Source: Chrysomallon squamiferum (Eukaryota; Animalia; Mollusca). Taken from it: a stretch of 64,000 bases of DNA. This document shows, one piece after another, positions 1 to 12,915 of the stretch (position 1 is the stretch's first letter; the number at the start of each line of letters is the position of its first letter). The notes beneath the pieces were generated by a model. The model saw nothing but the letters and a program-made list of their open reading frames with translations, was not told where the DNA came from and ran no database searches. The translations under genes and the position numbers were made by a program. The DNA lies in NCBI GenBank assembly GCA_012295275.1, contig CM022666.1, positions 11,780,001 to 11,844,000 of the forward strand, given 5' to 3'.

Positions 1-1066
1 TAAGTATCATATTTGCATATTATACTATTGCTGATATAGTACTAGGAGTAGTTCTAATAGATGAGTTTGCTTTTATTTAAATTTCTGCAATTTATTGCAT
101 CTTGTTTTAATGATACAGTATAGACAACTTCTAATTCGTAACATTATTCATTAAAACCTAATGGAAGCTTTCTTCAAAGCAGATATTTTATACCAAAACC
201 AACAGAACTAAAAATGTTATTAGTTGGTTCATACTGGATAAACATTTTATTGTGGTTTCATGAAATTCTGACTTCTATGCTTATGTTTGCAGAAAAGACT
301 ACTTTGATAATGAAATGGTAGAAGATGAAATTTCTTAATGGTTCAGAAATTTATGAAACTGTAGAACATTTTTACTCATGGTACATGGAAAATCCTGGGT
401 TTCCTCATCGACTATGAATAGCATTTCTTGTGTGTTATAGAAGCAAACTTATAATAATTACACTTGTTTTATTTTCTACCCCCTCATTCCTGCTTGATAA
501 CATTCTGCTATTAAGGGTAATTCCATGCATGTTTCAGAGGACTTTTGACAGTCTATTCAAATTCATAGATTTTGTTTTTGTTCACTAGGAAAAAACTATT
601 TGCAGAGAAATTATGAATTCCTTTGGCCTTAAGGATAACTTTCAGTCACTTCTGAATTCTTTGTCAAACATTATTTTTAAATTTTATTTTATTTTTTATT
701 TTTTATTTTTAAAAACATTTCAAACAATATGCTATAAATTGGCAAAATTTAAAATGTACGAATCTGCAGTTTAATGGAACACTACTCTATTCTTAAAAAC
801 TTTAAAAGATGTTATATATTAAATTATAAATATTAAAATTAAAACTAATTTATATTTAGATAAAAAAAAAAAAAAAAGTAAAAAAATATTATGACATAGT
901 TATTTAAAAAATGTATACATGTGTGTGTATATATACAGATTAGGTTTAATAATACTTTGTACAATGAGAATAATTATTTAGCACAGGGTAACTTAATCTG
1001 TCTTGTCAGAACATGATATTAAAGAGAGTAGTGAATAAGTATACAAGTAACTTTCTGAATTACCAG

Positions 1067-4000
1067 GCAAAAAATCACCATCCCCAGAAGGAAGTATTCC
1101 CAGAACACCAAGGTCACAGTCTCATTCACCTCAAGGATCACCAATGTCAAACAATGGAAGCCATCCTGCATCACCAACATCACAAAGGTCTCAGTCACCT
1201 GCAGGATCACAAATAATGGAATCTGGTTCACCACCTAGATCAAGATCTGGTTCACCAGCAGGATCAGCTAGATCAAGATCGGCTTCACCTCCAGGATCAG
1301 CAAGGTCAAGATCTGGTTCAGCTGCAGGATCAGCTAGGTCAAGATCTGGTTCAGCTGCAGGATCAGCTAGGTCAAGATCAAGGTCACCTGCAGGATCACA
1401 TAGGTCAAGATCGGGGTCACCTGCAGGATCACAGAGATCAAGATCGGGATCACCTGCAGGATCACAGAGATCAAGATCAGGGATCACCTGATCAAGATCA
1501 GGATCACAGAGATCAAGATCAGGATCACAGAGATCAAGATCAGGATCACAGAGATCAAGATCGGGATCACAGAGATCAAGGTCAGGGTCACCTGCAGGAT
1601 CACTGAGATCAAGATCTGGATCACAGAGATCAAGATCGGGATCACCTGCAGGATCACAAAGATCAAGATTTGCATCACCTGCAGGATCACAAAGATCAAG
1701 ATCTGGATCACCTGCAGGATCACAAAGATCAAGGTCCGGATCACAAAGATCAAGGTCTGGATCACCTGCAGGATCACAAAGATCAAGGTCCGGATCACCT
1801 GCAGGATCACAAAGATCAAGGTCCGGATCACCTGCAGGATCACAAAGATCAAGGTCCGGATCGCCTGCAGGATCACAAAGATCAAGGTCCGGATCACCTG
1901 CAGGATCACAAAGATCAAGATCTGGTTCACCTGCAGGATCACAAAGATCCCGATCTGGAACACCTGCAAAGTCTAGAAGTGCATCACCTGGAAGTGCTGG
2001 AGGTTCTGATAAAGAAAATGATGATGATAATAATCAATCAGCTGTTCTCAGTGACAGAGAAGATAAGTTAGTAATTTGATTTCATACTATTCCTATTACA
2101 AATACTAATATTAAGTCAAACACCAAATAAAACGTAGTATCTTGTTTATTAATCAAAAAATCAATAAATAAAGTATTCTATTTTGATTTAATGGACAGTA
2201 AAGAATATTTGTACAAAGAAAATGATTATTTAACATATGGATAAATATGTTAAATAATCTGCTTTCAGAGAAATGATGTTAAGAAAACTGAATGTGTATC
2301 CATCTAGGTACATCAAATTGATAATTGTTTTAATGACTTATCATTATATTATTCATTGAAAGTTTTTAGATGTCAAGTATTTTTTGTTTTGTTCTTATGG
2401 ACTTGCAACTAAGTGATAAACATCAGTTTTAACAGTGTGCATTGTTCATAATCTTTGATAATCTGTTTTGGAATACTGAATGGTATTAACAGGGGAAATT
2501 ATAAGACATGTTAGAAAGGTTAAGCATGTTAGTTAAATATAACAGTTATTGCACAGAATTATTTCATTGTAGTTGTGTGAAAACAATGTTTGTTAATTTC
2601 AATTCTAGTGAAGAAACACGAAAAGAAAAGTCACTTGCCTCAGACGAAGAAACTAAGAAAGGTAGGAAATATCCATGATTTATTAAATTCAGTGATAATT
2701 TAATGGTATATAATACAGGAAATTTCAGTTACAGTGAACAAGAAGGATCTGAGAATATTTGCTCATTTCAAGCATGTCTTGTCATTATTCTGAATTTAAA
2801 CAATTTCAGTGTAATACTTTAGTGCTAATTATACATCTTTTAAACATTGGTTTCATACAAAATATTATCTTAGTACTATTTCATTTCATTATAGTATGAA
2901 ACATTACAAATAAATTAAAATAATAATAAATATTTAAAATATCACTACTTCTTTAAACAAAATATTGTTTTGCTAAAATAAATATTTATGTAATTTTTTC
3001 ATTGTTTGTTTTAGGTGCTGATGACGAAAGTGACAAAGAGTAAGTGTTTTTATTACTAAAGTTGTATTGTTACACATAAAATTTTAAATAACTGAATGAG
3101 CAAACAAAATATTTTAGAAATATGATAAAAATTATCTGTAAAACATTATCAGTTTACTATATGTTATTGATGTTTGATGATTATAACACAAGCAAAAATC
3201 TTCTGCCACTGATAAAACATTTTAACATTTCCAAAAGATGGCATTGACTACAAAAAATAAGTGTGAGCATTGGCACTTTAATTAGTTTTTTTCTGAAATA
3301 ATTATTAGGCTTCAAATTGGCTACAATGATCAGACAATCATTCTTGATACATTTTATAGATAATTTTTTTGTTTTATGATAGTTATGATGGTATGTCCTA
3401 ATTAAAACCTAGAAATGCAAACATAATACACATATTTGTTTATAGATCAGTAGCAGATGAGCTTATAGCAGACATATTTGGATCGAGTGATGAAGATGAA
3501 GAATTTGAAGTATGTTTTGATATTAATATTAAGAAAAAAAACTTTAACTGATTAAGTTTAATTTTTATAAACATAATTCAGCAAATTCCACAATATTGTT
3601 ATTTGAACTAAGTTGTCCATCTGAATTCAGTAAGAAGTATTCTAGATTTACTGAGTTTGACATTCTATTTTGTCATTAAACATGCAGTTGTAAAAAGTGA
3701 CTTGTAATTGCATGATTTGTTGTATAATAATAGCAATAATTAATAAATAAAAATGCTGATGCTGTTTTATTGGGGTTCTTTAGTTTTTTTTTAATTTTCT
3801 ATTAAATAGATTAATATTTTCTTTCTTGTTAGGGTTTTGGTGTGAAGCTGATGTTGAAACTCCATCCAGAAAAGACAAAAAGAAACCAAGTAAGTCTGTT
3901 CTGCAGGAAGATATTTTTATGTTTTATTTAGAATATTTGCTTTAGAGTTAATGCTTTGCAGCTGGTATGTATTAGTTCAGGGTTGTTTTTTTTTTAAGCT

Positions 4001-7000
4001 GGTTCAGATAACAAATATTTAAGTATTTTAAACAGTGTAGTATTTTTCTAATTTCCAGACACCACTAATCTGGAGTATATTCTAGTGCAGTATATACATC
4101 TTTATATTTCCTGTTTTGATTTTTATAAGTGGCTTTGAATTCTTTGCTTTTCATCCGAAATAATGACAAGCATTAGGATGTACAACATGCAAATTTAGTA
4201 AAGACTATTTATTCATCTCTGTTCAGCTATTGTTTCAGATGACGAGGATGGTGAGAAAGAACAACCAGGCTCTGAGATAAAGGAGATTGTTCCGGATCTG
4301 TCTGATGATGAAAATGAAGCTGCACTTCGTCAGTCATCAAAAGAGTAAGGACTGTTTTAAATTGGCTTAACTTTCTTTCTTTTTTAAAAACATATTACTA
4401 TTATTAGCAGTGTAGAAAAATGTTGCAATGGTTTTGTCTTAATTTTAATTTTATTAACAATCCTAAATTTATGCTTTAGAAAGTAAAATAAAATCATCTG
4501 ACACATGTAAAAAAATGGAAGCAGATGTTACTGATGCTATCTTTTAGTTTTGTAGGATAGTGAAGTCAGTTTTATTTACTGATTGAAACAAAATACAATT
4601 ATTATTTTCCCTAGTCACTATTATTTCACTAGACAAATGCAAAATGATAAAAAATGCAAAATTATTTTCTTTTTAAATTAATATCTGATATCTCTTTCAG
4701 GGACTTTGTGTCTGACTTTGAACTGATGTTGATGAGGAGAAAGGAGGAGAACAGAAACAAGCGACGCAAGCGCAAGGACTGTGACATGATTAATGACAAT
4801 GACGACCTCATTGCTGATCTCATTCAGAAAATGAAACTTGCTGCAGAGAGGTTTGATGACTTTCATATCAGAGAATTAATTAGGCAGTATTATATAATTA
4901 TTTTAAAATGTGCAAATACAAATATATTGTGAATTATTTTTGTTACAAGAAGCAGCAACAAGTAATAAGGGACAAAGGCTATTTTTTCCACAAGAACATG
5001 AATGTTGTAAAAAGCAATAAATACTGCAAGTTTTGGTAAACCCAGTTTTACCTGCAGTAGATACTGATAAAGAAAGAATTATTTTTCAAACATTTTATTT
5101 CTTTCATGTTGTGTATGACTATATATAGATTCTAGTAAATGGTTTCAGTTATTAAAACTTTAGGACTTAAAATACACTTACACATTGTGTTTATGGGTGG
5201 CTATTTCAAGTAATTTGTTTTTAACACACTGGCAATGATTGATTTTCAATGCTGTAGGAAGACAGAGATTTGAACAGAGCACACAAAGCTGCAACAAAAA
5301 AGCTGAAACTTCTGCCATTTGTTGAAGCTCAGTTAAACAAGTATGTGTAAAATATAATTATTAATTTTTAAACAGTTAATGAAAAACAGTTAAACGATTG
5401 GTCAGTCTAATTGTGATTGATTACAATCTTTAACATAAAATGATTAACTTTTCAGCAAATGTGGTCAACAATGATTTCACCATGTTATTTATTATTTGTA
5501 ACTTAATCATTTCACATTGAACTATTACGTCATAATTATGAAAAAAATAATATATATTGACCATAATAAGAGATTATTCCAAGAAATGTTTTTTTTTTTA
5601 AATAAATGAATAAAACTCCTTTTACTCATTTTTTTAATTTTTATATATCTATATCAACATGAAAATAAGTTTCACTGAAGTAAATGACCTTTTTTAATGT
5701 TAGATAAACAGGAGATTTTAGTATGTGATCTAAATAACAAATTTACTATGTTGTGCTTTAGGTCAGATCTTCACATGATATTCCTGGAATCTGGAATTCT
5801 TGGTGCTATTACAGTAAGTTGATAATGTGTCATGACTTGTTCAGGAAGGTCTTGTCAATCAGAAATTTGGTGGATCTTTTATGTAAACACTGACTTAGGT
5901 ACTCCATGTCGCCCAGTATTAAGTAGCAAAATGTTTATTTCTTCATTGATCATTTCTAAAAATAACCTGAGTTAATTCTTATTTTCTTTTTAAATTAATA
6001 TCGGGCTTCTCTTTCAGAGACTTTGATGGTTTTCACAGTTTTATAATATTGTAAGAAATAACTCCTTTCCCAAAATAATAAAAAATAAAAAAAAAATCCA
6101 TTTGAAATGTTACAATTTTTCTTTAATGTGCCCAGAATACAAATTAAAATTTATGTTAAATAAATGTATAATAAACTATACCAGCTCTACAGCTAAGAGC
6201 TAATGTTTGATGTATCTAGCAAGTACTAACATTTATGAGTTCTCTTAATTTTTATATTTTCAGGAATGGTTGGCCCCTTTGCCTGACAGAAGTTTACCAC
6301 ATTACACAATCAGAAAAAAGTTACTTTACAGTCTTGGTGATGTAAGTTATTACAGTAATTGTTGATAAATAATTACTTTGTATAATATGTGTGTAAATAC
6401 ACTCATGAATGCAATTATCCTTCAAAGTTTCAAATATATACTGAAATAGAATGCAAATTTGAGAAAATATTCTAAGGTTTCAGTACTTTTTTACTGTTTG
6501 TACAAGGATTATAACTATATTTGATTGAGCTATAATATTTAATGCATATATATTTCTTTTAGTTTCCCACAGGTGCCATCAATACAGACAATTTGAGAAA
6601 CAGTGGAATTGGAAAAGCTGTTATGTATTTATATAAACATCCTAAAGAAACCCGTGAAAATAAAGAGAAAGCTGGAAAGTTGATTAGTGAGTTACAGCAC
6701 TTTTCTGTTATTTATATCAGAAATTCATGAGAAAAAAATCACATGATGACATATTTTATATAGTCTTTGATTTCATGTTTTAGTTTCTATTTACACAATA
6801 GTACTTCAGTTTTAATATTAATTTGACTGCAAAAAGCTATTTGTAACCTATTCACACAATCTAGAATTTAATAATATAATTATAAAATTTAATGTTCTCA
6901 AGTAAACTTCTTTATTACTATTTTTAGATGAATGGTCTCGGCCAATTTTCAATTTAACATCAAACTACAGTTTGTTATCAAAAGAGGAGAGAGAGCAACG

Positions 7001-8627
7001 AGACTATGAACAGTTGCCTAAAAAACGGAGAATCAGGTAAAGCTACTTCTACATCCCAACAGGTGAAAACTACAAATAGTAACTGAGTTGTCAGACAGTA
7101 ACTTTTGGTGATTTCTTTAACTTACATTTTGCCCTTGTGTAAACCTGGCTTTGACTGTAGCAGCTTATTCCACATACCTTTATTAGCAACATCATTGAAC
7201 TGCATATTCTTTGATGTATCTCTTTATATTTACCATTTTGAATTGTCAGGTTTGTCGCAAGAAATTAGTAATTAAACTACTATTATGGTGTTCAAAGTAT
7301 TGTAAAATAATTATGACCACTGCACAAATTAAAGATAATATTCTAATTAAACTCATGCATGTTGTAGTAGTTGTTTTAAAAATAAAATATATTTTAATTC
7401 AGTTTGGAAGGGGGACAGACGCCTAGACGTGACATTGACAAAGCTTTGACTGGTGATCAGAGGTAAGTATTTTTTATCTTACAAAGTTACTCCAAATTCA
7501 TTTTTAAGAAAATTTTGTTTAATGATAATTAGCTGCAGTTACTGCGGTATTAATGCTATTTTTACAGCTCTTTAATCTGATGTCAGCCTCTTTTTTCTAT
7601 TATAACAAAACAAAGCAATTAATGGTTATATTCACTGTAATGGAAATAACTGCTGACCTTTTCTGTTAAATTCATTTAATAGAAATTTTAAATAATCTTT
7701 ACTTAGTCTTCTCTTTGATTATTACCATAGCCTTCATTTTTTTTTTTTTTTTTTTTTCCAAAATTGTTTCTGTTTTACAGTCATGAAGAATTCAGGACAT
7801 CTAGTTTCCTCCGTTTTATAGTACTTTATTATAGAGATTTGTTAACAGGGATTAAAATTCTTCAAGCAACAATTTCACCACCATTACTTTAGATGAGTTT
7901 GCATGTTTTATGTAGTCGGTGGTGGTAATAGTTTGTAATTTGTTTGCAGGGCACTGCGGCCTGGTGATCCTGGCTGGGTGTACAGAGCTCGGGTACCAGC
8001 ACCTTCAAACAGAGATTATGTTGTACGACCAAAATCAACTACAGAATATGTCGAAAGAAAGGTCTGTTTCATCATATTTATTTCTCTGCCAATATGACTA
8101 TATACAAAACAGTTTTAAAATTGATCTACCTGTTATAGGAGTGGATTCACTTGTTGATGATAGAGAATGATGGTCACCAGCAGCTTTTTAAACTAAACAT
8201 AAAACATGTTTTCTTTCTTTTCTTTAGTCTTGTTTTGATGAATATGTTAATAAGAATGTGTTATACATCTTATTATTTTTTATTTTTTCAATAATTATCA
8301 TGTTTTAAGTCTTGATTCTGAATTTAACAATATTTTTTTTAATTTTTATTCATCAATATATATAAAAAAGAAATTTCTAGAAAGTTAATAAGAAATTTTT
8401 ATTTGAAATATTTTCCTAATTTAGAAATTGGAACATTTCATTTGTGCTTTTATTTATAGATGTTTTGGAGATATCATGTGTTAATTTACTTTAAACTTCA
8501 GGGTGGAGGGAAGAAAGAAAGAACAAGATATGAAAAACATGCACTGGCTTTCAAAGAGAAAAAGAAGGTGAACAAATTCCAAAGAGCTGTTCCAATCAGC
8601 ATAGAAGGAAGGAAAATGGCACTTTAA
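1067..8627 (+). CDS. IWS1: IWS1/SPN1 transcription elongation factor homolog (5'-partial; three apparent lesions)
   Basis: Exons: 1067-2066, 2609-2661, 3015-3039, 3446-3509, 3833-3889, 4227-4344, 4701-4850, 5258-5340, 5762-5813, 6264-6341, 6563-6686, 6928-7036, 7403-7462, 7950-8061, 8502-8627. Peptides match recalled IWS1 motifs: [102 protein letters not shown] and terminal [10 protein letters not shown]. There is an in-frame TGA at 1489-1491 and phase mismatches at about 3842 and 4849. Confidence 0.95.
1180..1965 (+). repeat. Coding tandem repeat (about 30-nt and 21-nt units) encoding [11 protein letters not shown]-type Arg/Ser repeats
   Basis: Repeated tcacctgcaggatcacaaagatcaagatctgga units within the first visible IWS1 exon. 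Confidence 0.9.
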
Positions 8628-10877
8628 ATAAAGACATGAAATGATTTCACTGAAATGTGAAATGGAACTAATTGTAAAACTCTGCAAAGACTGAGTCAGG
8701 TTTCCTATTATTAACGAATGAATACACTTCAGAAAAAGATTCACTCTGCAAATCAAAGGCTTATTATGAAAACCTTAATGAGAGGAAAAGTTGTTAATAA
8801 ATGAACCTGGATAAAGTGCTGTTCTGCTCTTCATGTGAGACTCATGCAACATTACTTATCTGCTTCAACCTCTATTGGATGGAAGTAGATTTGATTTTCC
8901 TGCATTAAGAAAATGTTGAAAAGATTCCTGGACAAACTTTTTTTGTCAATGTAAGACATTCTTTTATTCAGCTGGTTGTTGAACATTACACTTCATCGTT
9001 AACAAACACTTGAGAAAGTTGGTGAATAAATTGGCTAAAGACTGTGTACACAACAACTCCTGCCCCTTGGTAACATTAACACTTTGCAGATTGTCATAAT
9101 TTTATATATGTGGTATAATTAAAGTTTTCAGATGGATAGGAAATTAAATCATTATTAATTTCTTTTCTTCTGTTTTCTTTTTCTTTTTTTCCATTACAAT
9201 TAAAATTATATATATGTAGTGATGTGATTATGTTTACTCATGCATAAAGATGACATAATTGTAAATAGCCAGTAGTAATTCAAATATTTTATTTGAAAAT
9301 TGCTTTATTTTATTTTTTCACCCATTATTTTTCTTTTCTTTCTTCTCTCTTATTTTTTTATTTATTTATTTATTTATTTTTTGTTATTTTGGCCTTATAA
9401 ATAATTTCTTATTGGTAATGTTGAAAATGAAGAGTATGTAGATTCTTGTACTATATTAAGGATTCTGGCACAGAACATGATGTGACAACAGCTACTGGAA
9501 GGAATTTAACAAATATTAGAGTTTTATTTTAAAACAAGAATAGGACTTGTATTATTAAATTTTGTTTTTCTGTTTTATAAATAATTGCCTACAAAAAAAA
9601 AAAGTTTCCCCTCCAAAATATCTTATATATGTGGTTCATTCAAATGAAAATTTATCATCTACTAGGTGATAATAGAAAGTAAAAAGCCCTAGTAATACTT
9701 TTAAATCATGTTGTTTCTTTTCTGACTTGTTTTGACTGAAAATGTTGTTAATAAAGATGTTTGTTGCATCTTGTTTTATTATTTTATTTTTAGTGATTTG
9801 TTTTAAAAGAAATTGAAATGTTTTCTGGATGAGTGCATGTACTCATAGTGTACAATTTAGTAAAAAAAAAAAACCAGCAGAATTTGTTGCATGTTTAGGA
9901 TGTATTGTTTTTTTCAGTTAAAAAATGTCAGATGAGTTTTCTTTTTTTTTTCAGTCACTGAAACAATAAATATGTGAATATCAGTTTCGTTCATTAATAA
10001 AAATACTGTAATTATGTCCAGTAAATCTTTGTTCTTTGTTACTGTACATATTGCTAATAATTTCCATCACATCTTCATGTACATAAAAAATGTTTTTTTT
10101 ATCTTGGATTAAAAAATAAAACTAATGTCAATTATCTGTTGTTAATTTGAGTCACAAACAAAAAAATACAAAATACAAAACATACTAATAAAATATTTAC
10201 ATGAACAAGAATCTTTCACTTGCTAAAATATCACTTTTGTTATCATGTTTTAAAAGGTTAATTGTACCTCTGATCTGAAACCCTGTTTTGTTTGTTCCTC
10301 AATCAAAATTATTTCCATCTTGGCAACTCCCCCTTTTCCATCAACCCCCATTACACAGTGTTGCATACAGTTAAAAAAAAAAAAAAACATAATGATATGT
10401 TTTTAATTTATTTTATCAACATGTAGAAAAAAAAAAATCTGTCCTAGGTTTGATAGGTTTAAACAAAAATACTTGAATTTTTAAACATACTGATATTTTG
10501 GGAGTATTTAAATTATACAAGCTGACAATAATATATTTAGACATCAGCTTAAACAAGTTTAAATGATGTGTCAGCAAATGCACAGCAGAGTTTTTGATGG
10601 AGTTTGGGGTATACAGACAAACTATACTTATTATTTCAGGTAACTGGAAACAAAACCTAAATATAAGAATATAAGAAATACATACAAAACCTCACATCAT
10701 AAGAATATAAGAAATAAATAGAATTGACTTTGATATTACATCAGTCAGATCATAAGAAGATACACCTAAAAATGTAAACACCTCAGAGATAATCAAAAGT
10801 GTGGTTTTAAACTTCCCAATGTATGGACATTATTTAAATCTTTGTATAATAATGTAATATCTTTCTTTGCCCGTGTA

Positions 10878-10881
10878 ATTA

Positions 10882-10957
<76 letters not shown>

Positions 10958-10958
10958 A
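10878..10958. repeat. (AAT)n/(GATAAT)n microsatellite
   Basis: Visible directly in the sequence. Confidence 0.9.
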
Positions 10959-11825
10959 ATCAATAAATATATATTGGTGGACAGATTGACTTTCTTATTT
11001 TTTATTTTATTTTTTTTTTTTTTTAGTAAAGAACAACTATAACCAAATAGTAATTGTTGCCTGGGTGAATTTGTTGTTTTGTTTTCCTAATTGCTGCATA
11101 AATTCAGTTTTATTATTGTTGTTGTTCCAATTATTTCTTGGCAAACTAAAACTACAACCATATTTCGTTACTAATTAATTTATTATCACAAGTCATGACA
11201 AGAGAATAAATAAATAAGCTGTTTGTTGTTGTTGTTGTTATTTTTTTTTTGGGGGGGAAAGGGTTTTCTGGTACACCAAAGTTTCTGTTTTACAACATGA
11301 TTTCTGAATATAATTATAAAAGAATATTTACAACTTTGGTACAACAGATTCTGAAAAAAAATATATGCGTTTTCATATTTGCCTAATGCAGATTTCTTGT
11401 GCGTCAATTTGGGAAAAGTAAATGTGTGTGTAATGATACTTAAAAATAAATAGCCTGACTGCGCATGAAAAAAATAATACAAAGAGTAACCTCTTGAATA
11501 AGATTTGCAGTGATCAGTGGTTTTATCATTAGTTAAATATGTATGATTATGAGAAATACGTATTTACAATTTAAAAAGAGTCTCAGACTAAAATTATTTA
11601 TTTCCTTTGAGTGAAAACGGGTGCAGCGAAACCGATCTGTTTGAACTTTGTCCTTAGTTGACCCCGAAAGGACCACAATGGAAATGTTTTCACTTTCTTG
11701 TCCTATCCTGACATTTTAATGGATTTTTGTATTTTAATATGTTTTGTATTTACACTTACTAAAAAAATTTTTAAAATAAATAAATGCCCCTTCCTACACA
11801 AATGGACACACTTACAAAACAGCAG

Positions 11826-11871
11826 AACCAATTGTAACCAATCAATTGCTTTATAGCTATTTAGCGCGCGG
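11826..11871 (+). promoter_or_regulatory. Candidate RB1 promoter: two CCAAT boxes plus an E2F/CDE-like TTTAGCGCGCGG
   Basis: CCAAT at 11828 and 11838; TTTAGCGCGCGG at 11860-11871. CpG is locally enriched, and a donor AG|GTATGT at 12048 suggests a first exon. Confidence 0.5.
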
Positions 11872-12915
11872 ATTCGCTATACATAGGCATAGTACTTACT
11901 TTATGGATAAACATAATTATTGTTTACATAGCTAGATTAGTTTTTAAAGTAATGGTTTTTTTAGTTTTTATTTAAACGAAACGATATATAACAGAGTATA
12001 TCTAAACGTTATGGCTTGTGAATCCGACGAAAATAATTAATTAGTAAGGTATGTTGCTTGGCAGTAGCATACGAACTGCCAAGTTCCGACTTTTCTCTAG
12101 CTGATCTGGCAGACTAAAATACACGTTTTACGTTAATCTGTCATAATGTTTTATTTATTTATTTGTGAATATATCATACAACATACACACACACATATAC
12201 ATGTATATACATAATATATATTATTTTTGGTAAATTTAGAAAATTATAAATTATATTAATATTTAAACAAATTAAAGTAATATTTCCAAATGTTGACAAA
12301 TATGTAAATGGTTGCAAAACCAGTTTTAATAATAAACTAAATGTATAAAATGTATTTTTAATTATTTTCAATGTAAATAACGTTTTATTTGCTTTATTCC
12401 TATAAGGCGAACCATGCAAGATCAGCACAGCACTATGAATCCATTATTAAAGAAATTGTAACATTTATTTTAAATAGTGAAGAAAAAAACAATCAATATT
12501 TGGTCCTGTTAAATGATTTAAGTTATATGACTGATGTCAGGACACAATTCTCCACCAAGAAGTAAATTTCATTCATTATTTTAGCAACCCAGTTCCAAGA
12601 TTCAGATTTACAGGATTTAAATTTTTTTTTTAAATTAATTATTTTCGATATTCACAATTTTTTTTTTTTTTAAATGTGCAAATATATGCTTTTGTTTTTA
12701 GCAGAGTGATTTAAAAATACTGGAGGAAACTGAACTTGAAAGGCAAATGTGTATCAGCCATGTACAAAATAAAATGGCGAATTCATAAATATTTTTATTG
12801 TTTGACCGCTTAAATAATGGTTATTAATTATCATTTATAAAATAAATTTTGAATTAATATTTGGGAATATAAAAATACATAGAAGTTTATATTTTCTATT
12901 CCAGCTAATGAAATT

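Noticed and set aside
1489-1491. Selenocysteine or programmed readthrough at the in-frame TGA
   Set aside because: The TGA arises from a local scrambling of the repeat unit, not at a Cys-like position, and I recognised no SECIS element.
1191-2071. Alternative-frame and antisense ORFs ([17 protein letters not shown] and ILIFVILQV repeats)
   Set aside because: They are shadows of the periodic RS-repeat exon; only the RS frame splices in phase with the downstream IWS1 exons.
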